From contig OZ024740.1 of assembly GCA_964016885.1 (NCBI GenBank), positions 391,964,001-392,028,000 of the forward strand: a stretch of 64,000 bases of DNA, read 5' to 3'. Position 1 is the first letter of the stretch. Each line of letters opens with the position of its first letter. The stretch comes from Eledone cirrhosa (lineage: Eukaryota). Both the position numbers and the translations under genes were made by a program. Under the pieces are notes generated by a model. It searched no databases. It was not told the DNA's origin and was given only the letters and a program-made list of their open reading frames with translations. This document shows, piece by piece, positions 15,001 through 29,141 of this stretch.

Positions 15001-18000
15001 TGGTAGTGGTGATTGTAGTGGTGATGATAGTGGTGATGATAGTGGTGATGGTAGTGGTGATGGTGGTGATGATGGTAATGGTGATGGTAGTGGTGATGAT
15101 AGTGGTGATGGTAGTGGTGATGGTGGTGGTGATGGTAGTGGTGATGGTGGTGGTGATGGTAGTGGTGATGGTGGTGGTGATGGTAGTGGTGATGGTAGTG
15201 GTGATGGTAGTGGTGATGGTAGTGGTGATGATGGTGGTGATGGTAGTGGTGATGATAGTGGTGATGGTAGTGTTGATGGTAGTGGTGATGGTAGTGGTGA
15301 TGATGGTGGTGATGGTAGTGGTGATGATAGTGGTGATGGTAGTGGTGATGATAGTGGTGATGATAGTGGTGATGGTAGTGTTGATGATAGTGGTGATGGT
15401 AGTGGTGATGGTAGTGGTGATGGTAGTGGTGATGGTAGTGGTGATGGTAGTGGTGATGGTAGTGGTGATGATAGTGGTGATGGTAGTGGTGATGGTAGTG
15501 GTGATGATGGTGGTGATGGTAGTGGTGATGATAGTGGTGATGGTAGTGGTGATGGTAGTGGTGATGGTAGTGGTGATGGTAGTGGTGATGATGGTGGTGA
15601 TGGTAGTGGTGATGATAGTGGTGATGATAGTGGTGATGGTAGTGTTGATGATAGTGGTGATGGTAGTGGTGATGGTAGTGGTGATGGTAGTGGTGATGGT
15701 AGTGGTGATGGTAGTGGTGATGGTAGTGGTGATGATAGTGGTGATGGTAGTGGTGATGGTAGTGGTGATGGTAGTGGTGATGATAATTGTGATAGTAGTG
15801 GTGATGGTAGTGGTGATGGTAGTGGTGATGGTAGTGGTGATGGTAGTGGTGATGGTAGTGGTGATGGTAGTTGTGATGGTAGTGGTGATGGTAGTGGTGA
15901 TGGTAGTGGTGATAGTGGTGGTGATGGTAGTGGTGATGATAGTGGTGATGGTAGTGGTGATGGTAGTGGTGATGGTAATGGTGATGGTAGTGGTGATGAT
16001 GGTGGCGATGGTAGTGGTGATGATAGTGGTGATGATAGTGGTGATGATAAGTGTGATGGTAGTGCTGATGGTAGTGGTGATGATAGTGGTGATGGTAGTG
16101 GTGATGGTGGTGGTGATGGTAGTGGTGATGGTAGTGGTGATGATAGTGGTGATGGTAGTGGTGATGGTAGTGGTGATGGTAGTGGTGATGGTAGTGGTGA
16201 TGGTGGTGGTGATGGTAGTGGTGATGGTGGTGGTGATGGTAGTGGTGATGGTAGTGGTGATGGTAGTGGTGATGATGGTGGTGATGATAGTGGTGATGGT
16301 AGTGGTGATGATAGTGGTGATGGTGGTGGTGATGGTAGTGTTGATGATAGTGGTGATGGTAGTGGTGATGGTAGTGGTGATGGTAGTGGTGATGGTGGTG
16401 GTGATGGTAGTGGTGATGGTAGTGGTGATGATAAAGGTGATGGTAGTGGTGATGATAGTGGTGATGGTGGTGGTGATGGTAGTGGTGATGGTAGTGGTGA
16501 TGGTAGTGGCGACGCTAGTGGTGATGATAGTGGTGATGGTAGTGGTGATGGTAGTGGTGATGATATTGGTGATGGTAGTGGTGATGATAGTGGTGATGGT
16601 GGTGGTAATGGTAGTGGTGATAGTAGTGGTGATGGTAGTGGTGATGGTAGTGGTGATGGTAGTGGTGATGGTAGTGGCGATGATAGTGGTGATGATAGTG
16701 GTGATGGTAGTGGTGATGGTAGTGGTGATGATATTGGTGATGGTAGTGGTGATGATAGTGGTGATGGTGGTGGTAATGGTAGTGGTGATAGTAGTGGTGA
16801 TGGTAGTGGTGATGATGGTGGTGATGGTAGTGGTGATGGTAGTGGTGATGATAGTGGTGATGGTGGTGGTGATGGTAGTGGTGATGATAGTGGTGATGGT
16901 AGTGGTGATGGTAGTGTTGATGATAGTGGTGATGATAGTGGTGATGGTAGTGTTGATGATAGTGGTGATGGTAGTGTTGATGGTAGTGGTGATGGTAGTG
17001 GTGATGGTAGTGGTGATGGTAGTGGTGATGGTAGTGGTGATGATAGTGGTGATGGTGGTGGTGATGGTAGTGGTGATGGTAGTGGTGATGATGGTGGTGA
17101 TGGTAGTGGTGATGATAGTGGTGATGATAGTGGTGATGGTAGTGTTGATGATAGTGGTGATGGTAGTGGTGATGGTAGTGGTGATGGTAGTGGTGATGAT
17201 AGTGGTGATGGTAGTGGTGATGATAGTGGTGATGATAGTGGTGATGGTAGTGTTGATGATAGTGGTGATGGTAGTGGTGATGGTAGAGGTGATGGTAGTG
17301 GTGATGGTAGTGGTGATGGTAGTGGTGATGGTAGTGGTGATGATAGTGGTGATGGTGGTGGTGATGGTAGTGGTGATGGTAGTGGTGATGGTAGTGGTGA
17401 TGGTAGTGGTGATGGTAGTGGTGATGATAGTGGTGATGGTAGTGGTGATGGTAGTGGTGATGGTAGTGGTGATGGTAGTGGTGATGGTAGTGGTGATGGT
17501 AGTGGTGATGGTAGTGGTGATGGTAGTGGTGATGGTAGTGGTGATGGTAGTGGTGATGGTAGTGGTGATGGTAGTGGTGATGGTAGTGGTGATGATGGTG
17601 GTGATGGTAGTGGTGATGGTAGTGGTGATGGTAGTGGTGATGGTAGTGGTGATGGTAGTGGTGATGGTAGTGGTGATGGTAGTGGTGATGGTAGTGGTGA
17701 TGGTAGTGGTGATGATGGTGGTGATGGTAGTAGTGATGATAGTGGTGATGGTAGTGGTGATGGTAGTGGTGATGATAGTGGTGATGGTAGTGGTGATGGT
17801 AGTGGTGATGGTAGTGGTGATGGTAGTGGTGATGGTAGTGGTGATGGTAGTGGTGATGGTAGTGGTGATGATAGTGGTGATGGTAGTGGTGATGGTAGTG
17901 GTGATGGTAGTGGTGATGGTAGTGGTGATGGTAGTGGTGATGGTAGTGGTGATGGTAGTGGTGATGGTAGTGGTGATGGTAGTGGTGATGGTAGTGGTGA

Positions 18001-21000
18001 TGGTAGTGGTGATGATATTGGTGATGGTAGTGGTGATGATAGTGGTGATGGTAGTGGTGATGGTAGTGGTGATGGTAGTGGTGATGGTAGTGGTGATGAT
18101 AGTGGTGATGGTAGTGGTGATGGTAGTGGTGATGATAGTGGTGATGGTGGTGGCGATGGTAGTGGTGATGGTAGTGGTGATTGTAGTGGTGATGGTAGTG
18201 GTGATGGTAGTGGTGATGATAGTGGTGATGGTAGTGGTGATGGTAGTGGTGATGGTAGTGGTGATGATGGTGGTGATGATAGTGGTGATGATGGTGGTGA
18301 TGGTAGTGGTGATGGTAGTGGTGATGGTAGTGGTGATGGTAGTGGTGATGGTAGTGGTGATGATAGGGGTGATGGTGGTGGTGATGGTAGTGGTGATGGT
18401 GGTGGTGATGGTAGTGGTGATGGTAGTGGTGATGGTGGTGGTGATGATAGTGGTGATGGTGGTGGTGATGGTAGTGGTGATGGTGGTGGTGATGGTAGTG
18501 GGGATGATAGTGGTGTTGGTAGTGGTGATGGTAGTGGTGATGGTAGTGGTGATGGTAGTGGTGATGGTAGTGGTGATGATGGTGGTGATGATAGTGGTGA
18601 TGATGGTGGTGATGGTAGTGGTGATGGTAGTGGTGATGGTAGTGGTGATGATAGTGGTGATGGTAGTGGTGATGGTAGTGGTGATGGTAGTGGTGATGGT
18701 AGTGGTGATGGTAGTGATCATGATAGTGGTGATGGTAGTGGTGATGGTAGTGGTGATGGTAGTGGTGATGGTAGTGGTGATGGTAGTGGTGATGGTAGTG
18801 GTGATGGTAGTGGTGATGGTAGTGTTGATGGTAGTGGTGATGGTAGTGGTTATGATGGTGGTGATGGTAGTGGTGATGATAATGGTGATGGTAGTGGTGA
18901 TGGTAGTGGTGATTGTAGTGGTGATGGTAGTGGTGATGGTAGTGATCATGATAGTGGTGATGGTAGTGGTGATGGTAGTGGTGATGGTAGTGGTGATGGT
19001 AGTGGTGATGGTAGTGGTCATGATAGTGGTGATGATAATGGTGATGGTAGTGGTGATGGTAGTGGTGATGGTAGTGGTGATGGTAGTGGTGATGGTAGTG
19101 GTGATGGTAGTGGTGATGATGGTGGTGATGGTAGTGGTGATGGTAGTGGTGATGATAGTGGTGATGATAGTGGTGATGGTAGTGGTGATGGTAGTGGTGA
19201 TGGTAGTGGTGATGATGGTGGTGATGATAGTGGTGATGATGGTGGTGATGGTAGTGGTGATGGTAGTGGTGATGATAGTGGTGATGATAATGGTGATGGT
19301 AGTGGTGATGGTAGTGGTGATGGTAGTGGTGATGGTAGTGTTGATGGTAGTGGTGATGGTGGTGGTGATGGTAGTGGTGATGGTAGTGGTGATGGTAGTG
19401 GTGATGGTAGTGGTGATGATGGTGGTGATGATGGTGGTGATGGTAATGGTGATGGTGGTGGTGATAGTAGTGGTGATGGCAGTGGTGATGGTAGTGGTGA
19501 TGGTAGTGGTGATGGTAGTGGTGATGGTAGTGTTGATGGTAGTGGTGATGGTAGTGGTGATGATAGTGGTGATGGTAGTGGTGATGGTAGTGGTGATGAT
19601 AGTGGTGATGGTAGTGGTGATGGTAGTGGTGATGGTAGTGGTGATGGTAGTGGTGATGATAGTGGTGATGGTAGTGGTGATGGTAGTGGTGATGATAGTG
19701 GTGATGATAGTGTTGATGATAGTGGTGATGGTAGTGTTGATGATAGTGGTGATGGTAGTGGTGATGGTAGTGGTGATGGTAGTGCTGATGGTAGTGGTGA
19801 TGGTAGTGGTGATGGTAGTGGTGATGATAGTGGTGATGTTGGTGGTGATGGTAGTGGTGATGGTAGTGGTGATGGTAGTGGTGATGGTAGTGGTGATGGT
19901 AGTGGTGATGGTAGTGGTGATGATAGTGGTGATGGTAGTGGTGATGGTAGTGGTGATGGTAGTGGTCATGGTAGTGGTGATGATGGTGGTGATGGTAGTG
20001 GTGATGATAGTGGTGATGATAGTGGTGATGGTAGTGTTGATGATAGTGGTGATGGTAGTGGTGATGGTAGTGGTGATGGTAGTGGTGATGGTAGTGGTGA
20101 TGGTAGTGGTGATGGTAGTGGTGATGATAGTGGTGATGGTAGTGGTGATGGTAGTGGTGATGGTAGTGGTGATGGTAGTGGTGATGATGGTGGTGATGGT
20201 AGTGGTGATGATAGTGGTGATGATAGTGGTGATGGTAGTGTTGATGATAGTGGTGATGGTAGTGGTGATGGTAGTGGTGATGGTAGTGGTGATGGTAGTG
20301 GTGATGGTAGTGGTGATGGTAGTGGTGATGATAGTGGTGATGGTAGTGGTGATGGTAGTGGTGATGGTAGTGGTGATGATAGTGGTGATGGTAGTGGTGA
20401 TGGTAGTGGTAGTGGTGATGGTAGTGGTGATGGTAGTGGTGATGGTAGTGGTGATGGTAGTTGTGATGGTAGTGGTGATGGTAGTGGTGATGGTAGTGGT
20501 GATAGTGGTGGTGATGGTAGTGGTGATGATAGTGGTGATGGTAGTGGTGATAGTGGTGGTGATGGTAGTGGTGATGATAGTGGTGATGGTGGTGGTGATG
20601 GTAGTGGTGATGGTAGTGGTGATTGTAGTGGTGATGATAGTGGTGATGATAGTGGTGATGGTAGTGGTGATGGTGGTGATGATGGTAATGGTGATGGTAG
20701 TGGTGATGATAGTGGTGATGGTAGTGGTGATGGTGGTGGTGATGGTAGTGGTGATGGTGGTGGTGATGGTAGTGGTGATGGTGGTGGTGATGGTAGTGGT
20801 GATGGTAGTGGTGATGGTAGTGGTGATGGTAGTGGTGATGATGGTGGTGATGGTAGTGGTGATGATAGTGGTGATGGTAGTGTTGATGGTAGTGGTGATG
20901 GTAGTGGTGATGATGGTGGTGATGGTAGTGGTGATGATAGTGGTGATGGTAGTGGTGATGATAGTGGTGATGATAGTGGTGATGGTAGTGTTGATGATAG

Positions 21001-24000
21001 TGGTGATGGTAGTGGTGATGGTAGTGGTGATGGTAGTGGTGATGGTAGTGGTGATGGTAGTGGTGATGATAGTGGTGATGGTAGTGGTGATGGTAGTGGT
21101 GATGATGGTGGTGATGGTAGTGGTGATGATAGTGGTGATGGTAGTGGTGATGGTAGTGGTGATGGTAGTGGTGATGGTAGTGGTGATGATGGTGGTGATG
21201 GTAGTGGTGATGATAGTGGTGATGATAGTGGTGATGGTAGTGCTGATGATAGTGGTGATGGTAGTGGTGATGGTAGTGGTGATGGTAGTGGTGATGGTAG
21301 TGGTGATGGTAGTGGTGATGGTAGTGGTGATGATAGTGGTGATGGTAGTGGTGATGGTAGTGGTGATGGTAGTGGTGATGATAATTGTGATGGTAGTGGT
21401 GATGGTAGTGGTGATGGTAGTGGTGATGGTAGTGGTGATGGTAGTGGTGATGGTAGTGGTGATGGTAGTGGTGATGGTAGTTGTGATGGTAGTGGTGATG
21501 GTAGTGGTGATGGTAGTGGTGATAGTGGTGGTGATGGTAGTGGTGATGATAGTGGTGATGGTAGTGGTGATGGTAGTGGTGATGGTAATGGTAGTGGTGA
21601 TGATGGTGGTGATGGTAGTGGTGATGATAGTGGTGATGATAGTGGTGATGATAATGGTGATGGTAGTGGTGATGGTAGTGGTGATGATAGTGGTGATGGT
21701 AGTGGTGATGGTGGTGGTGATGGTAGTGGTGATGGTAGTGGTGATGATAGTGGTGATGGTAGTGGTGATGGTAGTGGTGATGGTAGTGGTGATGGTAGTG
21801 GTGATGGTGGTGGTGATGGTAGTGGTGATGGTGGTGGTGATGCTAGTGGTGATGGTAGTGGTGATGGTATTGGTGATGATGGTGGTGATGATAGTGGTGA
21901 TGGTAGTGGTGATGATAGTGGTGATGGTGGTGGTGATGGTAGTGTTGATGATAGTGGTGATGGTAGTGGTGATGGTAGTGGTGATGGTAGTGGTGATGGT
22001 GGTGGTGATGGTAGTGGTGATGGTAGTGGTGATGATAAAGGTGATGGTAGTGGTGATGATAGTGGTGATGGTGGTGGTGATGGTAGTGGTGATGGTAGTG
22101 GTGATGGTAGTGGCGACGCTAGTGGTGATGATAGTGGTGATGGTAGTGGTGATGGTAGTGGTGATGATATTGGTGATGGTAGTGGTGATGATAGTGGTGA
22201 TGGTGGTGGTAATGGTATCGGTGATAGTAGTGGTGATGGTAGTGGTGATGGTAGTGGTGATGGTAGTGGTGATGGTAGTGGCGATGATAGTGGTGATGAT
22301 AGTGGTGATGGTAGTGGTGATGGTAGTGGTGATGATATTGGTGATGGTAGTGGTGATGATAGTGGTGATGGTGGTGGTAATGGTAGTGGTGATAGTAGTG
22401 GTGATGGTAGTGGTGATGATGGTGGTGATGGTAGTGGTGATGGTAGTGGTGATGATAGTGGTGATGGTGGTGGTGATGGTAGTGGTGATGATAGTGGTGA
22501 TGGTAGTGGTGATGGTAGTGTTGATGATAGTGGTGATGATAGTGGTGATGGTAGTGTTGATGATAGTGGTGATGGTAGTGTTGATGGTAGTGGTGATGGT
22601 AGTGGTGATGGTAGTGGTGATGGTAGTGGTGATGGTAGTGGTGATGATAGTGGTGATGGTGGTGGTGATGGTAGTGGTGATGATAGTGGTGATGGTAGTG
22701 GTGATGGTAGTGGTGATGGTAGTGGTGATGGTAGTGGTGATGGTGGTGGTGATGGTAGTGGTGATGGTGGTGGTGATGCTAGTGGTGATGGTAGTGGTGA
22801 TGGTAGTGGTGATGATGGTGGTGATGATAGTGGTGATGGTAGTGGTGATGGTAGTGGTGATGGTAGTGGTGATGGTAGTGGTGATGGTGGTGGTGATGGT
22901 AGTGGTGATGGTGGTGGTGATGCTAGTGGTGATGGTAGTGGTGATGGTAGTGGTGATGATGGTGGTGATGATAGTGGTGATGGTAGTGGTGATGATAGTG
23001 GTGATGGTGGTGGTGATGGTAGTGTTGATGATAGTGGTGATGGTAGTGGTGATGGTAGTGGTGATGGTAGTGGTGATGGTGGTGGTGATGGTAGTGGTGA
23101 TGGTAGTGGTGATGATAAAGGTGATGGTAGTGGTGATGATAGTGGTGATGGTGGTGGTGATGGTAGTGGTGATGGTAGTGGTGATGGTAGTGGCGACGCT
23201 AGTGGTGATGATAGTGGTGATGGTAGTGGTGATGGTAGTGGTGATGATATTGGTGATGGTAGTGGTGATGATAGTGGTGATGGTGGTGGTAATGGTATTG
23301 GTGATAGTAGTGGTGATGGTAGTGGTGATGGTAGTGGTGATGGTAGTGGTGATGGTAGTGGCGATGATAGTGGTGATGATAGTGGTGATGGTAGTGGTGA
23401 TGGTAGTGGTGATGATCTTGGTGATGGTAGTGGTGATGATAGTGGTGATGGTGGTGGTAATGGTAGTGGTGATAGTAGTGGTGATGGTAGTGGTGATGAT
23501 GGTGGTGATGGTAGTGGTGATGGTAGTGGTGATGATAGTGGTGATGGTGGTGGTGATGGTAGTGGTGATGATAGTGGTGATGGTAGTGGTGATGGTAGTG
23601 TTGATGATAGTGGTGATGATAGTGGTGATGGTAGTGTTGATGATAGTGGTGATGGTAGTGTTGATGGTAGTGGTGATGGTAGTGGTGATGGTAGTGGTGA
23701 TGGTAGTGGTGATGGTAGTGGTGATGATAGTGGTGATGGTGGTGGTGATGGTAGTGGTGATGGTAGTGGTGATGATGGTGGTGATGGTAGTGGTGATGAT
23801 AGTGGTGATGATAGTGGTGATGGTAGTGTTGATGATAGTGGTGATGGTAGTGGTGATGGTAGTGGTGATGGTAGTGGTGATGATGGTGGTGATGGTAGTG
23901 GTGATGATAGTGGTGATGATAGTGGTGATGGTAGTGTTGATGATAGTGGTGATGGTAGTGGTGATGGTAGAGGTGATGGTAGTGGTGATGGTAGTGGTGA

Positions 24001-26870
24001 TGGTAGTGGTGATGGTAGTGGTGATGATAGTGGTGATGGTGGTGGTGATGGTAGTGGTGATGGTAGTGGTGATGGTAGTGGTGATGGTAGTGGTGATGGT
24101 AGTGGTGATGATAGTGGTGATGGTAGTGGGGATGGTAGTGGTGATGGTAGTGGTGATGGTAGTGGTGATGGTAGTGGTGATGGTAGTGGTGATGGTAGTG
24201 GTGATGGTAGTGGTGATGGTAGTGGTGATGGTAGTGGTGATGGTAGTGGTGATGATGGTGGTGATGGTAGTGGTGATGGTAGTGGTGATGGTAGTGGTGA
24301 TGGTAGTGGTGATGGTAGTGGTGATGGTAGTGGTGATGGTAGTGGTGATGGTAGTGGTGATGGTAGTGGTGATGATGGTGGTGATGGTAGTAGTGATGAT
24401 AGTGGTGATGGTAGTGGTGATGGTAGTGGTGATGATAGTGGTGATGGTAGTGGTGATGGTAGTGGTGATGGTAGTGGTGATGGTAGTGGTGATGGTAGTG
24501 GTGATGGTAGTGGTGATGGTAGTGGTGATGATAGTGGTGATGGTAGTGGTGATGGTAGTGGTGATGGTAGTGGTGATGGTAGTGGTGATGGTAGTGGTGA
24601 TGGTAGTGGTGATGGTAGTGGTGATGGTAGTGGTGATGGTAGTGGTGATGGTAGTGGTGATGATATTGGTGATGGTAGTGGTGATGATAGTGGTGATGGT
24701 AGTGGTGATGGTAGTGGTGATGGTAGTGGTGATGGTAGTGGTGATGATAGTGGTGATGGTAGTGGTGATGGTAGTGGTGATGATAGTGGTGATGGTGGTG
24801 GCGATGGTAGTGGTGATGGTAGTGGTGATTGTAGTGGTGATGGTAGTGGTGATGGTAGTGGTGATGATAGTGGTGATGGTAGTGGTGATGGTAGTGGTGA
24901 TGGTAGTGGTGATGATGGTGGTGATGATAGTGGTGATGATGGTGGTGATGGTAGTGGTGATGGTAGTGGTGATGGTAGTGGTGATGGTAGTGGTGATGGT
25001 AGTGGTGATGATAGGGGTGATGGTGGTGGTGATGGTAGTGGTGATGGTGGTGGTGATGGTAGTGGTGATGGTAGTGGTGATGGTGGTGGTGATGATAGTG
25101 GTGATGGTGGTGGTGATGGTAGTGGTGATGGTGGTGGTGATGGTAGTGGGGATGATAGTGGTGATGGTAGTGGTGATGGTAGTGGTGATGGTAGTGGTGA
25201 TGGTAGTGGTGATGGTAGTGGTGATGATGGTGGTGATGATAGTGGTGATGATGGTGGTGATGGTAGTGGTGATGGTAGTGGTGATGGTAGTGGTGATGAT
25301 AGTGGTGATGGTAGTGGTGATGGTAGTGGTGATGGTAGTGGTGATGGTAGTGGTGATGGTAGTGGTGATGGTGGTGGTGATGGTAGTGGGGATGATAGTG
25401 GTGATGGTAGTGGTGATGGTAGTGGTGATGGTAGTGGTGATGGTAGTGGTGATGGTAGTGGTGATGATGGTGGTGATGATAGTGGTGATGATGGTGGTGA
25501 TGGTAGTGGTGATGGTAGTGGTGATGGTAGTGGTGATGATAGTGGTGATGGTAGTGGTGATGGTAGTGGTGATGGTAGTGGTGATGGTAGTGGTGATGGT
25601 AGTGATCATGATAGTGGTGATGGTAGTGGTGATGGTAGTGGTGATGGTAGTGGTGATGGTAGTGGTGATGGTAGTGGTGATGGTAGTGGTGATGGTAGTG
25701 GTGATGGTAGTGTTGATGGTAGTGGTGATGGTAGTGGTTATGATGGTGGTGATGGTAGTGGTGATGATAATGGTGATGGTAGTGGTGATGGTAGTGGTGA
25801 TTGTAGTGGTGATGGTAGTGGTGATGGTAGTGATCATGATAGTGGTGATGGTAGTGGTGATGGTAGTGGTGATGGTAGTGGTGATGGTAGTGGTGATGGT
25901 AGTGGTCATGATAGTGGTGATGATAATGGTGATGGTAGTGGTGATGGTAGTGGTGATGGTAGTGGTGATGGTAGTGGTGATGGTAGTGGTGATGGTAGTG
26001 GTGATGATGGTGGTGATGGTAGTGGTGATGGTAGTGGTGATGATAGTGGTGATGATAGTGGTGATGGTAGTGGTGATGGTAGTGGTGATGGTAGTGGTGA
26101 TGATGGTGGTGATGATAGTGGTGATGATGGTGGTGAAGGTAGTGGTGATGGTAGTGGTGATGATAGTGGTGATGATAATGGTGATGGTAGTGGTGATGGT
26201 AGTGGTGATGGTAGTGGTGATGGTAGTGTTGATGGTAGTGGTGATGGTGGTGGTGATGGTAGTGGTGATGGTAGTGGTGATGGTAGTGGTGATGGTAGTG
26301 GTGATGATGGTGGTGATGATGGTGGTGATGGTAATGGTGATGGTGGTGGTGATAGTAGTGGTGATGGCAGTGGTGATGGTAGTGGTGATGGTAGTGGTGA
26401 TGGTAGTGGTGATGGTAGTGTTGATGGTAGTGGTGATGGTAGTGGTGATGATAGTGGTGATGGTAGTGGTGATGGTAGTGGTGATGATAGTGGTGATGGT
26501 AGTGGTGATGGTAGTGGTGATGGTTGTGGTGATGGTAGTGGTGATGGTAGTGGTGATGATAGTGGTGATGGTAGTGGTGATGGTAGTGGTGATGGTAGTG
26601 TTGATGGTAGTGGTGATGGTAGTGGTGATGATAGTGGTGATGGTAGTGGTGATGGTTGTGGTGATGGTAGTGGTGATGGTAGTGGTGATGATAGTGGTGA
26701 TGATAGTGGTGATGGTAGTGGTGATGGTAGTGGTGATGATAGTGGTGATGGTGGTGGTGATGGTAGTGGTGATGGTAGTGGTGATGGTAGTGGTGATGGT
26801 AGTGGTGAGGATAGTGGTGATGGTAGTGGTGAGGATAGTGGTGATGGTGGTGGCGATAATGGTGGTGATG
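1..26870. repeat. 12-bp satellite (GAT GGT AGT GGT)n, about 2,200 units, running off the left window edge
   Basis: Directly visible. Common variants are GATGATAGTGGT, GATGGTGGTGGT and GATGATGGTGGT. Almost every third base is T and the + strand has almost no C. Confidence 0.98.
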
Positions 26871-26938
26871 ATGGTGAGTATTATGATGATAATCGTTATC
26901 ATTATGATAATGATGATACTAATGAATTGTTTCTAATT

Positions 26939-26939
<1 letters not shown>

Positions 26940-27008
<69 letters not shown>

Positions 27009-27022
27009 GGTAGTAGTAGTAC

Positions 27023-27066
<44 letters not shown>

Positions 27067-27099
27067 ATGGCGGTGGTGGTGATGGTGGTAGTAGTAGTT

Positions 27100-27138
<39 letters not shown>

Positions 27139-27253
27139 CTAGTAGTAATAGTAGTAGTAGTATAGTAGTAGTAGTAGTAGTAGTAGCAATAGTAGTAGTA
27201 GTATAGTATTAGTAGTAGTAGTAGTAGTAATGGCGTTGGTGGTGGTGGTAGTC

Positions 27254-27308
<55 letters not shown>
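26940..27308. repeat. (TAG/GTA)n trinucleotide array with GGT interruptions
   Basis: Directly visible. Confidence 0.95.
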
Positions 27309-28252
27309 ACGAAGAAGAGTTTGTAGTAGGAGGAACAATTATACTAAATTTTTAATTCGTATGAATTTCTTTAAATTTAGAAAGAATTTCGTGTTAATCA
27401 CAAGAATCGCATCGAAAATTTTGTTCGATTTGTCATCATCATTCAACTTGTCATCGTTCAATACTTTCTGAAGACGTCTGTTTTATCTGTACTTTAGAGA
27501 AGAATGAAAACTAGCTTCCTTCCCTGTTTTTTTTTATTTACTTTCAGTCTCTTTTGTTTTAATGTTTGATTTTGTTCTTTCTTGGTCTAATTAGGTTGAG
27601 AGTGAATGAGAAAATTACATCTTCCAACATCTTCAAGTGATTGTAAGTGAAATTGTAGTCAGGACGCAGCAGAAGTAGACATACAGACATGCATGCATAC
27701 ATATACGAACTGACAGACAACTGGCTGACAGGTGGCAGGTAAGAAACTTAATAATAGGTTGATAGACGAAGAGGTATATGCAGATTTAAGCAGAGATGGT
27801 GATATACATAGAAGGGTGAGAGAACGAATATTTTATAGAGTATTTATTTTTTTGTTTACTCTGAATGTTATCTTTTAATCGAACGTGTTTGGTTTCTGAA
27901 TTGGGAAATTGTTAGTTTCATACTTTAGATTCACTCTACAAGCTTTCTTTAAAATCGCTTTTTTAATCTAAAACAAATATCAACTACCGATAGAAAAAAC
28001 GTGACGCAGTATGGTAGATCATAACTCAGTTTTTCAAAGTGTGAAACAGTCGACAGTTGTATCTCTAATCTCCAACTTTGCAGTTTATCTCTCAACAGAA
28101 AAAAACAATTCCAGCTCACTATTGCAAGCAATTGAAAACTAAATATGTTTTTCAATGAAACGTTTGTTCTACATCATAGAACAGTCAGTTTACTCTTATA
28201 TACTGTCGTATTGAACAACTAGACAGGCAGATTTATCAATAGTTTATCAATA

Positions 28253-28443
28253 GTTGGGCGAGTTAGGTAGAGGGTCGGACGTCATGCTTTGACGCAAAGA
28301 GTTACGGCCCTTTCCATTCTGAGTTCAAATCCCGCCAAGGTTAACTTTGCCTTTCATCCTTACGGGGTCGATAAAATAAAGTACCCGTAATGCACTGGGT
28401 AATTGCTGGCCTTGTGCAAAAAGTAGAAACAATTAATAATAAT
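28253..28443 (+). mobile_element. tRNA-derived SINE (resembles octopus OK-type family)
   Basis: B-box-like gagttcaaatccc, body ctttgcctttcatccttacggggtcgataaaataaagtac and (AAT) tail. Near-identical copies at 36.0-36.7 kb and 48.2-48.5 kb. Family name is from recall. Confidence 0.8.
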
Positions 28444-29074
28444 GGAATACGAAACGCTGCATTCGCTGAGATGAGTAATACTCTGTAATTAACAAATCAA
28501 TTTATAGAACAAAATTCTCGTTTATGATAAAATACAAACGCCCTCATGGGAAGGCGTTCTGTAGTAGAAAGTTAGCTTGGTGATAGAATTCACCGACGCA
28601 TTAATGGCTTTTGTAGTGCAGTCATCAATAAAACTCTGAAATATTTGCAAATAGACGATCTCATCTGATGGGTGTTACATGATTACTTCCTAACATGACA
28701 CACTATACTGACATGGTCATCAATACTCCTAAGGATTTTATTTGTGTATATTTATATATTTAGTTTATGACCTTTACTATTGCTGGTTTAACTTTACGCA
28801 GTGCCAGGCAGATGTTATATATTGGAATGGGCTGTGACGGGGAATTAATATCAATTTGATATGAGAAAATCAGTTGGTGGCTCGTTACTTTAGCTTTCAA
28901 CTATCACCTTCCTATGTAACCAGTATACAACTAGGAGGGGGCATGGCCTTGTCGCATGTCCTAGCGTTTTTCCATATTGTCTTTGTTGTAGTATTGAATT
29001 CAATAATATATTAAAACTCGTCCCATGGACCGAGTGCTCTACACCTTGGATATCTTTACTAAATTTATTATTAC

Positions 29075-29140
<66 letters not shown>

Positions 29141-29141
<1 letters not shown>

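Noticed and set aside
1-26870. Telomeric repeat
   Set aside because: Not TTAGGG-like, and the G-rich strand points into unique sequence rather than toward the left end.
257-26941. Giant ORFs (MVVV)n, (TTTI)n and (HHHY)n as genes
   Set aside because: The 12-bp unit lacks stops in several frames and needs two hits to create one. The ORFs switch peptide type at 1-nt indels, and there is no signal peptide or domain.
28253-28340. tRNA gene
   Set aside because: Only a B-box-like motif within a SINE head; no cloverleaf.
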